64,000 bases of DNA from Podarcis gaigeae. Taxonomy: Eukaryota. Below the pieces are notes generated by a model. That model was not told the DNA's origin. It saw only the letters and a list, made by a program, of their open reading frames with translations, and made no database searches. Made by a program: the position numbers and the translations under genes. Below, piece by piece: positions 34,801-49,800 of this stretch; position 1 is the stretch's first letter; each line of letters starts with the position of its first letter. Location: assembly GCA_964106915.2 (NCBI GenBank), contig OZ066918.1; one strand, written 5' to 3'.

Positions 34801-37800
34801 CCCTCGGCCAATAAAGCGAGATGAGCACCCAACCCCAGAGTCGGTCACAACTGGACCTAATGGTCAGGGGTCCCTTTACCTTTTCTTTTATTGCAACACC
34901 AGTATTTTCAAACATGCATGTCCATAATAAATTATAGTTGGATTATAGCAGGGGTAGGCAACCTAAGGCCCATGGGCGGGAAGTGGCCCATGGAGGCAGT
35001 TTAACCGGCTCACGAGCCACCCCGAAACTGAGTCGCCTGCTCAGAAAGTCCCTGCGTGCTGCGCTAAACCAGCACAATGTGGGGACTCTCTTCCACGGCT
35101 CCAGATTTTCGGCATCTGGGCATGCATAGAAGCAAATTCCGGTGCCATGGACATGCGCAGATGCGATTTCCAGTGTCACGCTGCGCCGGTCCGGTCCATG
35201 GAGGATCTCTGCGGGAGTGATCCGGCCCAGGCCCAGTAAGCCTTGCCGACCCCTAGATTACAGGACTGTACTGAGGCTTCCCTTAACAAAGCACAGAGAA
35301 GGGTGCTTTGGAGTTTGGATTACTGATTATCTTGGATCACTTTTGACATGGTAATGTGGCAGTCCGTAGAGTGGTCTTAGAAAAAGGTAACAGAAGTGTT
35401 ATGCACAGCAGTTAATCATTAAGCAATATCCTAGTTTTATCTCAATTTACAGGCTTGTTTGAGCCTGTGGATCTGAGGTGTATACATATTACTACAAACT
35501 ACCCCAGCTTATAAAGTGGTAATTATTAACACCCGCACAGGAAAAATTGGAACAATAACTTTCTACAGAAGTGAAAGCTGAGAGCTGTTTATCCAGTGAG
35601 AGTCCTTTCAGGGCCCTTCCAGACGATAGTGTGCCCCCCTCCCTGTTTTATTCTTCATAGCCCCATCTTGGTCCAGTGCCAGTGGCATGATAGCCAGCAC
35701 CTGCGTAATGTACTGGGAGTGTAGCTTTGCACAGGAGGATAATATTTCTACTTCTCCCTCTCTTTTAAAAGGGGAAGATATGAAGTTCTTTCTGCTTCCA
35801 GAAAGTTAAGGAAAAAGAAACCATAAGGACCTCAAAATTGCATAGCCCTGATGGTGATACCTTTGTTTTAGTGTTAGAAACTCAGATAGATAAGCTAAGT
35901 GCCAAATGGCACCTTAAACCTGGGTTATTGTTTAGGCACTATTCCCCCAATAAGGCTGCTGCTGCTGCTGCTGCTACTTCTTCTTCTTCTTCTTCTATTA
36001 ACAATGATAATAATAAATTTCTATATTGCTTTGTAATTTAAAGACAAAAATCTCAAAGCGGTTTACAGCACATTAAAACATCAAATAAAACAATACAGAA
36101 TAAAACAAATTCAAGCTTCAAGGAAAATATTTCAGATCCTTCTCTAAGTGACATATTTATTTACTACGTAATTTATATAGCTGCCCCATAGCAGAAGTGC
36201 TCTAGGAAGCAAGTGTGGTGTAGTGGTTAGAGTACCGGACTAGGACCTAGGAGATCAGGGTTCAATTCCCCACTCAGTCATTAAGCTCTCTGAGTGACCT
36301 TGGGCCAATCACAGCCTATTAAGATACCTCACAAGATCATTGTAGGCATTAACTGAGAAGTGAGGGTGAGCCATGTACTCCTTGGAGAAAAAAGTGGGAT
36401 ATAAATGCAATAAATAAGCTCTTCTGCTAACCTGCTTAAGAAAGCTGGAGGGGCCAGCCAGATGGAGATGTCAACCTGGCATCCAGAGATCCCCACATGG
36501 TTGCAATTGGACCCGCAGCAGTCGCAAAACGTGCCTGGCACCTGGTGCCTGGCTTATTTCTAATACTGCTTTGTTTTTTATGTTTTGTTGGCCATGGCGA
36601 TATTCACAAAGAAGTTCTCCTGTGCAAGCCTCATTACGATGCTCTTGTGGCATTCCTGTCTACAAGAATAGGATTTGTGCAGGACATTCCACCGCTGTCC
36701 AGGCAAGCCAAGCCAAGGTGCTTTCCCCACACTTTTAATTTTACAACAGTTGAAAATATTGTGCTTTCAAAGCTCAGGACTAACATTAGAGCTGCATACC
36801 AAGCTACACAGGACAGACTCCTTTGGCCCAGTAAGCCATCTCCTCCTCTTACATCTGTTCCTTTGTGTTTTCCCGCTCCCTGTGATGTCTTTCATTCCTG
36901 CCTCATTCCATAAAAACATCCAGTTGCCTGTTGAACACGTTCCTGTGACTTGCCCTTGTGGCTTTTACCTTATAACGTGTTCCATATGTTTGCTGGGCTT
37001 TGAGTAAAATGGTTTCAATTTAAACCTGTGGTTCCTTTCACTAACCACCCCCACCCCAAATATATCCTTAAGGGCAAGAACAAGGCCTATGTTATATAGG
37101 AGCTTCAGGAACACAATCGTTTGCCGCTGACTTTTGTGCCTCATATTTTGATTGCTGAGCCCAAATAATCCTTCCTTCCTTCCTCGTTTTAGCTATTGCT
37201 TGGTATCGTATTCTAGGTATTCCTGCATATCCTCTGGAGTACTTTGGTTTTAGGTTTCTTCAAAAATCAATGGCCCCTTTCTGTTGCTGACACAGTAATT
37301 TAAAAGATATCAGTCCTGTGAGATGGTTTGTGCTTCATTTTCCTATTCTGCTACGCTTACTTAGTCCTATTCAGAATTAGGACTGGTTCATATGATCACT
37401 AACCACACACACAGTTCCTTTGCCTTGCCCAGGACAATTTACTTTTGCCAAACTGAGGGCTCCAGCAGAGCCACAGAACAATGTGCCTAAGCATACTCTG
37501 TGTGTGTGTGTGTGGTGGAGCTCTCATAGAATATTTGACATGGAATGACAGAAATAGGGGTCCCCACAGAAAAGCAACCAGTAATGTGCTTAGTGGTTAA
37601 ATAAGCCAGGCGTCTTTTGATACAACCTTAGTGGCACCAGATAACCTTTTTTGAGTTGAGGGAAAAACATTGAGTTATGTGGCATGGCCTCTCTCATTCT
37701 CCTTTGTTGGAATGAAAGTACAGCAGTAATTAGGGAGGCTCAAGTGCAACTCTCCACTTGGCCATGAAGCTCACCGGGTGACCACGGGCCATTCATCACC

Positions 37801-40800
37801 TCTTAGGGTAGCCTTTCTTACAGGGCTGCTATGAGGATAAAATGGTAATGGGGGGAGGAAACCGTGTGTGCCATTTCCAGCTTATTGGAGGAGAGGAATA
37901 TAAATTAAGAAATAAATTAGCCAAAAAAGAGAGAAAGATTGTGCAACACACTGTTTCCTGCAGTACAGGCTTCCCCCCACTTATGTGGGGGTTATGTTCT
38001 GGGCCCCTGCATGCAAAAGTGAAAATTGTGTAAGTGGGGGAGCATCCTCTAAACTTAATTTAAATGCCCTCTCTGCATTTAAATTCAGCTTCCCTTTTTG
38101 ACTGCAGCCCATTGTGTTGCACTGAACTTTTGAGGGTCCCCCAACTTTCAATTTGTTTTGGGAGAGCATGAGAACCAAAGTTGGAAGGGGTGCCAGAAGA
38201 TACCTTATCCCATAACACTTTAGATCCTAGCCACTATTTGTGGGGAATATTTATATGTTCATGAACCAGTTCTTTGCCCTTCCGTTAAAGGAACTGAGAA
38301 AATTTTCACCTGGTTAAGAATTAACCACCTTTTAATTGTCTGGTCTTGAAATTAAACCTTTATCTACAGAGGATAATAATTAAAAGGCAGAAAATTAACG
38401 GATGTCAACTAGTGACCCTGTAATTAGTACTGGGTTTAGGTTATTGATGATAGATGATGTTTGTGGTATGTTATGCTTAATAGTGAAATTGGTGCTATAT
38501 GCCACAAAGACTGCTTGTTAGTAAACAATTGTAACGCTGGCTTTGTTTGGTTTCAAAGTTGGGAACAGGTTTAGAAACGGCCCCCTCCCTGGTCCAAGTA
38601 GCACTGGCAGTGATTGATTCAATTTCAGTGCCAGTTTTTTAAATATTTATCTTTTATAATTTCTGTTTGAAATAAGATTTTGCTAGTGGCCCCTTTTAAA
38701 TTTTATGGCCTTTTCTGCAATAGTTAAAACCCCCCACCATAAAACAAGTAATGGGGGGGGGGTAAAGGGGGTAAGAAAGAAGTAATTGATAATGAGGGAA
38801 AGTGACAGCTTTGGTAATGGAAAATTAAAATGTATATCATCATTTTGAATATTTGGGCAGCATGTGCTGTTAGGAGCATTACATTGGGATGTTAAAATGC
38901 AAGGGAAATGTGTGTTTTGTAAGCAGCACACCTGAGCTTTGCTTAAATGCCGAAATATTCATGAAACTTGTTCTAGCCACTTGTTCTGTGGGACGTGTCG
39001 TCCACCAATACCGCATGAGCTTAATGAGGGATGGCAAATGAGCAGACGGTTGTGTGTTTTTCTGCTGCTTGGATCCCTTCCATGACTGCCTGCCTTTCAT
39101 CCGTGTTTTGAACCCACCTGGCAAACGAGCATAGGTTTGAAAACTCATGGGCCCATTAATGCTGGACTTAAGAAGTCCTGTTTTGTTTTGAAAATCATTC
39201 ATAATCATTTCATGCATTTGTACATTTTAATGATACTCTTATGAAAAACATCGTCTGAAATCCACAGAATATCCTTGTAATGGATCAAATAGTTGCTGAA
39301 ACAGTCTTTCAAATACTTTTGCTAATGCTGGTAGCTTCTGCCTCATTAAAAGGCTAGCCAGGGAAGGCCCGCAAGCAGGTCAAAATGAAAACAATCAACC
39401 CTGTTTGTTCGCACCATGTGGAACTTAAGAGGTATACTACATCGTAACATACTGTTTAAGCTCCTGAATCGATCTGAGCCTTCTCTTTATGCTGTTGGCA
39501 AGAACAACATCCTGTGACAATTAACAGAGCAGGGAGTTTGTTTTAAATCTGTGCTTCTTGGTTTGGAATAAAACAAAACTAACCAGTTTTGGCCACAGAG
39601 AGAGGTGGTCGGGGGATGGGGGGATGGGGATGAAAGCCATGGTCTTTGAAAAGTAGGTGGGGGTTGATTGGTTGGAAATTAACTTTGAGATGGAATTGGC
39701 ATCAGTCATTATTCACCTATTTAAATCCTGAGTTAATCCTATACTCCTGTTAATGGAGGATAAAGATTTATTTGATCCATTTGACTGGTGAGGAAAGAGA
39801 AAGCCAGTCACCTAATAAATTGCCTATCACTGCCAGACAGATCTGTGAATACTCTCATCGCACCTTTTCTCTCTCCCCCTTTTAATAGCAGATGAGTTAA
39901 TAAAGGACTAAAGTGTGTGTTGCAATCTGCAGCACAATGACATGCCATCATATGTTGATGTAATCTAAAAATGTGGAATTAAGCATAAATACATTCAAGC
40001 AAGCAATTGAACAGTGGTCAAGGTAGTTGTTTAACTGAGCAGAGATACCCAAGTACAGTCATACCTCGGGATGAATACACTTCAGCTTAAATATTTTCGG
40101 GTTGCGCTCCGCGGTGACCCAAAAGTAACGAAGTGCCTTACTTTCGGGTTTCGCCGCTCACGCATGCGCAAACGCTCAAAATGATGTCATGTGGAAGCGG
40201 CGGAATGCGGCACGCGCACATGCGCAGTCACGTCCTATGCTCGCTTCAGGATGCGAATAGGGCTCTGGAATGGATCCTGTTCGCATCCAGAGGTACCACT
40301 GTAATCGATTAAGCTTCGTTCTCATACTTATTTTATCACAACTTTAATAACCGAAATCATTGCAAAAGCATCCTTATCTAATACATGGTGCTTTATAAGT
40401 CATCAAATGATGTGGGGTGCCACAGGGTTCTGTCTTGGGCCCGGTCTTATTCAACATCTTTATCAACGACTTGGATGATGGACTCAAGGGCATCCTGATC
40501 AAATTTGCAGATGACACCAAACTGGGAGGGATGGCTAACACCCCAGAGGACAGGATCACACTTCAAAACGACCTTGACAGATTAGAGAACTGGGCCAAAA
40601 CAAACAAGATGAATTTTAACAGGGAGAAATGTAAAGTATTGCACTTGGGCAAAAAAAATGAGAGGCACAAATACAAGATGGGTGACACCTGGCTTGAGAG
40701 CAGTACATGTGAAAAGGATCTAGGAGTCTTGGTTGACCACAAACTTGACATGAGCCAACAGTGTGACGCGGCAGCTAAAAAAGCCAATGCAATTCTGGGC

Positions 40801-43800
40801 TGCATCAATAGGAGTATAGCACCTAGATCAAGGGAAGTAATAGTGCCACTGTATTCTGCTCTGGTCAGACCTCACCTGGAGTACTGTGTCCAGTTCTGGG
40901 CACCACAGTTCAAGGACACTGACAAACTGGAACGTGTCCAGAGGAGGGCAACCAAAATGGTCAAAGGCCTGGAAACGATGCCTTATGAGGAATGGCTAAG
41001 GGAGCTGGGCATGTTTAGCCTAGAGAAGAGGAGGTTAAGGGGTGATATGATAGCCATGTTCAAATATATAAAAGGATGTCACATAGAGGAGGGAGAAAGG
41101 TTGTTTTCTGCTGCTCCAGAGAAGCGGACACGGAGCAATGGATCCAAGCTACAAGAAAGAAGATTCCACCTAAACATTAGGAAGAACTTCCTGACAGTAA
41201 GAGCTGTTCGACAGTGGAATTTGCTGCCAAGGAGTGTGGTGGAGTCTCCTTCTTTGGAGGTCTTTAAGCAGAGGCTTGACAACCATATGTCAGGAGTGCT
41301 CTGATGGTGTTTCCTGCTTGGCAGGGGGTTGGACTCGATGGCCCTTGTGGTCTCTTCCAACTCTATGATTCTATGATTCTATGAAATCCAGTTACGTCAT
41401 GGTACAGTAGAAGATTTTGGTTATTTTAATTTACTTGGATGATCTGGTGCCATTTTTTTTTTATTATTTAACAAGATTTATAATAATGAAAACTAAGCGG
41501 TTTACATGAAACTGAAGTCAAACCTAATTTATGTAGCAGCTAACCAAACACTGCAGCAGTGAAGAGAATGTAGTGGGAAGGAAGCTCATAAGCAGGAATT
41601 TTGGGGTTTGCCATTTATCCTAAGCAAATGGACTCTACAAAGTTGAAGTCCAAGGCAGCAGTTAAGCAGTAGAATGAGTGACAGGCAGAGCAGGACGGAG
41701 CACAAGGTTGCAGTGAATCGGTCCAGCAAGTTGCTGCAGGAAAGTCCTAACAGTGATCACCAATGGAATGCCCAGGACCTAAACTGGCCTGGAAGAATTT
41801 ACAGCTTCATTTAAAACTCCTAGCCAATTGGGAGACTTGGGGCTTCTATTTAATATGATTCCTCATTCGTGAAGCTCTTTGAGTTACAAATTCAAAAGAA
41901 GACTTGCTACATTATTAAAATACTAATTAAATGTGGCCCAAATCCAAAGAAAGCTTAATATACAATTGAAATCAGGAGGACCTGTTACTTTCGGCTATTA
42001 TATGTCCCATTAAGTTCAATGGGACCTCATAGTGTGACTTTCTTTGGATTTGAGTGCAATGCAAAACATTGTGTTAGAAGAACTGGGGCAGTGGAAGAAC
42101 TAGAGGCAAACGGGCAGAGGTCTTGTGTAGAATGGAGCATTTTTGGAAGAAAGGAGGACATTGTCAAGTTTGTGCTCCATACTGATCTTCAGTCGTAACC
42201 CCCCACCCCAGGAAGCTGGTCCTGTAAGGAATAAACTATTAATTCTGATGTCCAGATATAAATAAATAGAAGCACCACCACCTCAAAAGATACAATGCAC
42301 AAAACGCAATTTCACAAAGTTATACAAATGTCTGCAGCCAATCTAAAAAAAAGAAAGAGGAAGCTACACATTATAGAGCCATCCTTTCGCTAAGATTCAA
42401 AGCTTGCTGGAGAGTGTTAGGATAGGGCAAGAATGCCTCTCCACTGGTGGAAAGGAGCTTTGCCCAGAGGGCAAGGGACATCTACTACACCCACGAAAAG
42501 CTCCTCTGGCATTGCCTGCAGTAGCTAACATGAGGGCCTGAAATGACATTCTGTGGGCTGGAATCAAAGGTGTCTCTTCATTCCTCCAAGAGGCTTCAGG
42601 ATTGGGCTCATCAACTACACCACATTGACGCTGTCGTAGTCAATTCTCCCTCACTGCTTTCAGTGGGGTGGACGGGTTTACAAAATATGGATTATCTGGG
42701 CCAAAAAAAGAAATACACCCCCTCACAACATGTCTTGCTTTGTAATTGGTTGACAATCTACCACTTCACTCCCACCACTACCACGTATTTATTATATATT
42801 TATTTTATTTGCCACTTTCTACCCAAGTCAAGAGTGATTTGCAGCAGTCAAATTAACAAAATACAGTTCATGCAAGTACAAAAGTTAAGATCAATAGCGG
42901 CACACTAAAAGCCTGACCATTCACTAAAATCATCCTGCCCTTTTAACAGGGAGTTCTCCACCTTTCAGCTTATAATGTCAAGTTGCCACTGATGGTTCCA
43001 GTTACCATCTGGCCGGAGCTTATATTTCTCTAAGCATTTATTGTTTTGCAGTGGTCCAAATGACATAATTAGCAAACCGTTCTGTTATGTGACTTGGGAA
43101 TCTCACCACCACATTGCAAAACTTGTTAGAATTCGCCTTTAATTTCTAACGGCTAGGGCTATATTTATTCCTCACACATACAATCTAGCTGTGGCTCTCT
43201 GGTAGTGTCAGCTTGCTTCCTTTTCTTTTTCGAGAAAAGTTAATTGTCCTCATTACCACTCAGTGCATAAGGGAGGTGCTCTGAAAGGATCTCTTAAAAT
43301 TGGGTAAATGGGTTTTAAATTGGAAAATATGACTCAATTAAAAGTGATGTACCTGGGACAAGAAATCCTAACTTCACTTAAGCATTAATAGAGTCTGGAC
43401 TGGTAGTTCCTGTTCAGGAAAGAGATGTTGGAGTCGTGATAGCTCAGGCTTCCTCAGCTTTGGCCCTCCAGATAGTTTTGGCCTACAACTCCCATGATCC
43501 CTAGCTAGCAGGACCAGTGGTCAGGGATGATCGGAACTGTAGTCTCAAAACATCTGGAGGGTTGAGGAAGCCTGTGATAACTGAATGAAAATGACCTATT
43601 TATCTTTGTGCTGCTGATGAAAACTGATTTAGGCTGCACACTTACCTGGAAGTCAGCCTTATTTAAAACAATGGTGCTTACTTCTGAGAAGACGTGTATA
43701 CTGTTTGCTGGGCGCCAACACAGCAGCTGCTTTTTGGAGGAGGATAATTTAGTGCAAGGGAAGCGAACAAACAAAAACCTTTATAAGTAAATGTTCAGCT

Positions 43801-46800
43801 TTAATACCTTAAAGTTGAGCTCTAGTGTATAGCAGATCTGTTGACCATAACAGATTTGCGCCGACTCACTCTACATCTGAATCGGAACGTTGAAGGGAAG
43901 ACAGAAATGTGCTACCTGCCCAGTGAAGGCACCATTAATCCAGCAACACTCAAGTTACAAGGACAGAACAAAACATCTTTTTATGTTGGTGAAGCGTATC
44001 TGGAGACTTTTTGTTCCCTATGTTTTGTTATCTGACTCTTGTATTGCAGATGACTTTCCCACATTGAGTTTCGGTATATGCTCTGAAAATGCGTTCTCGG
44101 ATTTCGCATGTGTAAACAATTATCTGTGTTTGAGTAGACTGGTAAAATCATTTGAGGGTCAATAATACATGAATTTTTGGCAGGTTGCCTAGGCTGGAGT
44201 TTGTGAAGTTCTTTTTTTAAAAAGTTACTTTGCTCACTGTAGAAGTTGAGCTGTATTTTTGCAATCAATGGGGCTTGCATTTGCTGTACCTGATGGGTGC
44301 CAGGTTCCTTTGTTCTGGGCCAAAACAAATATTTTTGTTAAGCTTTAAATATATTGTTATGAGAAGTGCCATGCCAGGGGGTGTGTTTCATTTCTGCCAC
44401 CACAGAATGGTAAGCACTATATTCCTGTTGGTAACCAACCAATAATTGCTAGGTGCATGGGTTTCTGGTGCCAGGTCAACATATTTATAGGATTGTTGAA
44501 GCAGAGATATGACTTTATGTTCACATTTGTACAGACACCAAACTAGATGTGTGGATACACCAGTGAGTGGAATACTTTCTAAGTAAAGATGGTACTTCTG
44601 AAAGCTGATGGTACAGACTTGTGCAAACAGAAGTCCTCATGCAGGGCTTCTGCTGATGGGACTTGTTAGGTGCATCCTGCTCAAAGTCTTTGCAATCCAA
44701 AATAGCTATGGATATGAACAATGACCCCAACTGTTGTGAAGTGTGTGTTTATCCCCTATACAATTCATTTGTGTAGATTAACCTTTATAAACAGATGGAT
44801 AATCTTGATCTTTCAAGATGCCCTTTCATGATGGGTCCTGCTGTGTTTGTTAAGCTGAAAAATATGAGGGCTTGAGCAATGTGTTAACAACAGCCCGAGA
44901 GAAGCGTCATTGGGAAGACATTATGCCACCACACATGCTGATGCTGGTCTACCTTTTGTTTGGAACATGGGCTTTTCCTGGAAAACTAACTTTGTAATAC
45001 TGCCAAAGATAGAAAATAGCCATTTTAAGGTGTGCTTTGCAAGAAACTGTGAAACCAGCTTTTCCATTTACAGTAACTAGCACCAATGTTATACTATTCA
45101 CAGTGTTTTTTTCTTGAATTCCCGTTCCACACAAAGCAAGCTGACACTGATTTATACACCTGCTGGTAGTAGCTTAGCAACGTCATAGAGGAAATTCTTA
45201 GGAACTTCTCTAAACACATTCTGTTAAACAGAACCATTGCCAGTTGTAAAACAGAGGTCAAGAAGTGTTTAACAACTTCTTCAAAAGGGACTGTTGTTTA
45301 TTTTGTTGACTTAAAGAGAAAATAATCCTAAAGAGACCTTTTCTTGCCCTAGCTGTAACACAAGACAGCTGTTTTGAGTAGGCTACATTTAATTTAAACC
45401 TCAATTATATTGCATTACTCATTGAATTGCATAAATGTCTTGGGAAGAGTCCTGTAACACCTTCTAAAATGTTTAAACAGACTGAGTTTTCACATAGTTC
45501 CAAGGAAAACGTAGTGTTTTCATATGGTATGTATTTGGGGAGAAACCAGAGAACTTAAGTGATAGTCTAAGCATCCGAAGACACATATCTGCCTGCAGCA
45601 TCTGCTTAACATGCTTCAAGATGTTTGTTTTTGAACTAATAATTGCTAAAATGGCTTTTATTTCTTTAGAACTATGATCATTTATCCATCATGCTGAAGC
45701 TAAAAGAAGCCAACATTTTGAAAGGGCAATAGGGGGGGGAAAAGAAATACTGTATTCCAAAGTAGAAAGGAAGTTCATTTCTCTCCCACCCCCCCTCTCT
45801 ATTCCTTTTAGGAGATGTATCTCCAGTGCACATGAATCCCATTTCACAGTCCCAGTTCGTTCCTTTGGCAGAAGTCTTGTGTTGTGCTATATCTGATATG
45901 AATACAGCTCAAATTACCGTTACACAGGAAACCTTACTGGATCAGCTGGGGAAACATTACCCAGGTAATCTGTTAAATCATGGGTTGTTGACACTTCACA
46001 TAAACATTGGACTCAAGGGGGTTTGCAGCTAGCAGAGTGAAAGAATGCATGCTGTCTGGGACTAGGAAAGCAATTAGAATTCCCTTTGTAAATCAGCAGA
46101 TGAAAAACAAAACACAGGATCTAAGTGTTCTAACTCACACTGCATTACAAATCCGGGCTGCCAGCTTGCAGTCATCAAAATTCATGGGGGTTGAGGGGAA
46201 TTAGATATCAGGAGCATAAAGATGGTTGTGTGAAAAGAATGTGGGCAAAGAATATACCAGATGAGCAAACCTACATGATACATGTGTTTGTCACAGTAAC
46301 ACTTTCCATTTTCAGTATATTATATTTACATCCAAAAACTTTTAAGTAGTTTTTAGTGTGTGTAATTTTTTTTAAAAAAAGATCCCTCATTAGGCAGCAC
46401 CCAGGTGCCTAATAATATAATATCCAACTTTCCTTCACACTTGAGCACAGGAATGAGAAGCCTGCGTCCCTCCATACTTTGTTGAATTTCATCTCCTATC
46501 ATCTGCAGCCAGCACAGCCAATGGTCAGAGATGGGAGCTGTAGTTTAAGAACATCTGGGGGGCCACAGGTTGTGTTCCCCTACCCCAGCTTAGCATGAGT
46601 GAGAAACAAAACCCAGGATGAAGCAGTGCAGATATGAGATGGGTTGATTCTCAGCAGCTGAAACCCCTAGAGATGGAGCAGATCCATACACCTCTTTTTA
46701 CTTCCCCCTCATCAGAATGAATGGCAGCCATTCTGTGTGGCAAAAGTAGCATGCTGGAGGCAGCTGCAAATACTGGCACTGAATTGCCTGGCCCTTGTAC

Positions 46801-49800
46801 ACTTAGTGTCTGCAGCATGGAGAGCATGCAAGGACCTCCCCACAAGAGACTCCTGTGTCAGTCTTCCTTCCATGTATGTCCCACACATGGTAATTGCAGG
46901 CAGTTTGCTGATTTACAAATAAATGGATGTTATGAGGCTTCACCATTACAAATCACTCTTTGCTGAACTGGAGCGATAAACCTGCATTTTGCTTAGTCTA
47001 ATTGAGGGAAATGAAGTTGTGGGAGGTGGCTCATATTAAAACAATGAGTTTAGCTACATCTGTGCAGAATGTGCCTTTCCCTCCTGGACTGCGGCAGAAA
47101 TCAGAACCTGACTGCACTTCCATTTTTGGGCCCAAGCACTTTTCTTGGTTGCAAATATATTGGCAAACTGCCAATTCTGCACTTCACTTTGCTTTGTTGT
47201 ACTGCCCATACTCTCGAGTCAAAATTCACTACTAATCTGAAGGGAATTGTAGGATGTCAATGCCGAGTAAGCCCCCTTTGCCCTACCAAGCGTGTTTGCT
47301 TCTTAACTCTAAAAATGGCTCAGTAATTTGTGTGGTGGGGTTTCACTAGCCATCCTGGGGACTCCAATGAGCCTGTAAGGATTGATGATGGATTTTGTCT
47401 GCAGGTCACGCATTTGAAAAACCTTCAGTTTGGAAGCATTCTAAATGAGTATTTTATTGTTCGTATTTTAAAGCAATCCCTTTAGTGTGTATTTGCTGCC
47501 CCCTCTTGTCCAACTGGGAGAAGGCATATTGCCTTTAGCATTAAAGGAAGACAATTGTTCCATATAAAAGTCTATGGTGCATCCATATAAATAAGTTAAA
47601 GTCAGAAATCAGTTAGCTGTAAGCAATTAAAGTCAGAAATCTGTTAGCTGTAAGCAATCCCCCCCTTTCTATTTGGAAAAAGACTGGGGCTGCAGTTGTA
47701 TGTGCACTTACTGAGGAACAAGTCCCATGAAACACAACAGTAATTTAGTCTGTGAAAGCACACACAGGAGCAGGCTATAACAGTGGTTTACGGCATAAAT
47801 TTGTTCTGACCCAGAAATGTGGTAAGATAATATTTTTTTATTATTCACTATGCCACAGAAATGACTAATATTATGCTATCATCCCTTTTATTCTAGGTAT
47901 TACAACTCCCACACATGATATTCTATATAGTACACTTGGGATGCTAATTAAAGAACGGAAGATATATCACACTGGGGAAGGATATTTCATAGTGACCCCA
48001 AATACATATTTTATCTGTAATAATGCTATGAAAAACAACAAGAGGGTCCTTTTGGAAGATAATTGCCCTCAAGAGCCTTCTGTTACATACCTTGTAAGCG
48101 TGGAAGATGCTGCAGAACTTCTACAAAATAATTTCCCTATTGCATCCCATTGCAGATCCTGCCATTGTTTCCCTGGGCAGACTGCAGTCAATGAGCAACA
48201 TGTCAGCCCTCAGCCTAATGGGAAAAGTCAAAAAGGGTCTTGTGAATCCAGATTTTCAGTTCAGAATCAGGCCACCAATACACTTGTTGAGAACCGTTCT
48301 TGTGGAGCTGCTCACTATATGCAGTCAGGGAAAGAGAAGGAGAAGATTAAGAAGTTTGGTCTTAGCCTTTTCTGGCGCAACACTTCCAAGAAAGAAAAAC
48401 CAAAAAAAGTGCACACTTCATTTTCCGCCCAGTTTCCTCCTGAAGAATGGCCAGTCAGGGATGAAGATAATTTGGATAATATCCCACGTGATGTTGAACA
48501 TGAAATTATTAAACGCATTAACCCTGTGCTGACTGTGGACAACTTAACCAAGCACACTGCACTGATGCAGCAAATAGAGGAGCAGAAAAAATATATCAGT
48601 AAAGGAACCTCTACAGAAGTGTTGACAATGAAGCACAAACATCTTCCCAAAGGGTTCACTCAGAAAAAACAAAATAAAGCTGCAAAGCATCGCAGGAAAC
48701 TGCAGTCCAACAAAGAAAAGCACGTTAATAAGTCATCAAGGGAGTTTAAAAGTGATGACCAAATACCAGCTAATAGCAAACTGGAAAACTGTATTGAACA
48801 TCCATCATCTTGTATTACAAATGAAACTATAGTTTGCAATCAGCAGTTGTGTGAGGATGCAATCAACGTTGAATCTCACTTTATATACAAAAAAGAAGTT
48901 ACTAATCCATTTAAAGATATTTCTTGTAAAGGGAATAGGTCAGCGAAAGGACATAGGAGTCAGAAAAACTATGATGTAAAGTTTGGAGCTCCAAGATCAG
49001 AGAAGAATTTCCCACAGTCCTGGTCTCTGGATTCCTCAAGAACTGTGGACTGTAAAGCTAAGCAGTCAGCCAGCATCAAATGTGACGCTGAAGACGACAA
49101 AATGAAACAGTTAAATTACCTACAATGCAAGGTTTTACAAAAAGAAGTCAAATATAGTTGTCTGGAGGAAAGTGCAGCTTGCAAAGGTAATTTGCATAGA
49201 AGGGTAACCCCAAAAAGTATGGAGATGCAGGCAGTGTCTGACACTGCATTTGTGGATGAAGCAGTAGTGGAGAAAATGCATCCTCAGAACTCCAGTCAAA
49301 CTCACCAGTGTGATCAAACTGGCTTGCTAGGTCAAACAGCACAGCAACTAACTGATACCCATCTTCCCAGTGAGGCAGATGCTCAACAATTTAAACAATC
49401 TGAAAATATTGTTGCTCACAGCCAAAATGATAATTTAAAGAGTGAGTGTGCCAACATGAACAAATGGCTTGAGTCTGTTAACCCACAAAATGAAAGATTC
49501 ACTTATGATAAACCGACTCTGTATCAAGAATTGGATGATGGTAACACTTGTAGTTCTCTATATCATGGTGATGAAGAGCAACATGATGTGGATTTGTCCA
49601 AGCTGCAATCCAGCCAACTCCCATATAATTATTCAGATACAGGGAAGTGGAACAGCATAGAAGAAGAACAACTGAGCTCAACTGTGTTGGGAAATGGAAG
49701 TGTTAATTCTCACTTCTCAAGGTACAGAATTGATACAGATGGGGTTGGTCCCTGTGAGTGCGAAGAAAATGAATTCCTTGGTTTTTCTAGATCTAAGGAT

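Noticed and set aside
36497-36913. 138-aa ORF with a hydrophobic N-terminus in STOX1 intron 1
   Set aside because: No recognisable homology, promoter or splice support; it follows a SINE and is compatible with chance.
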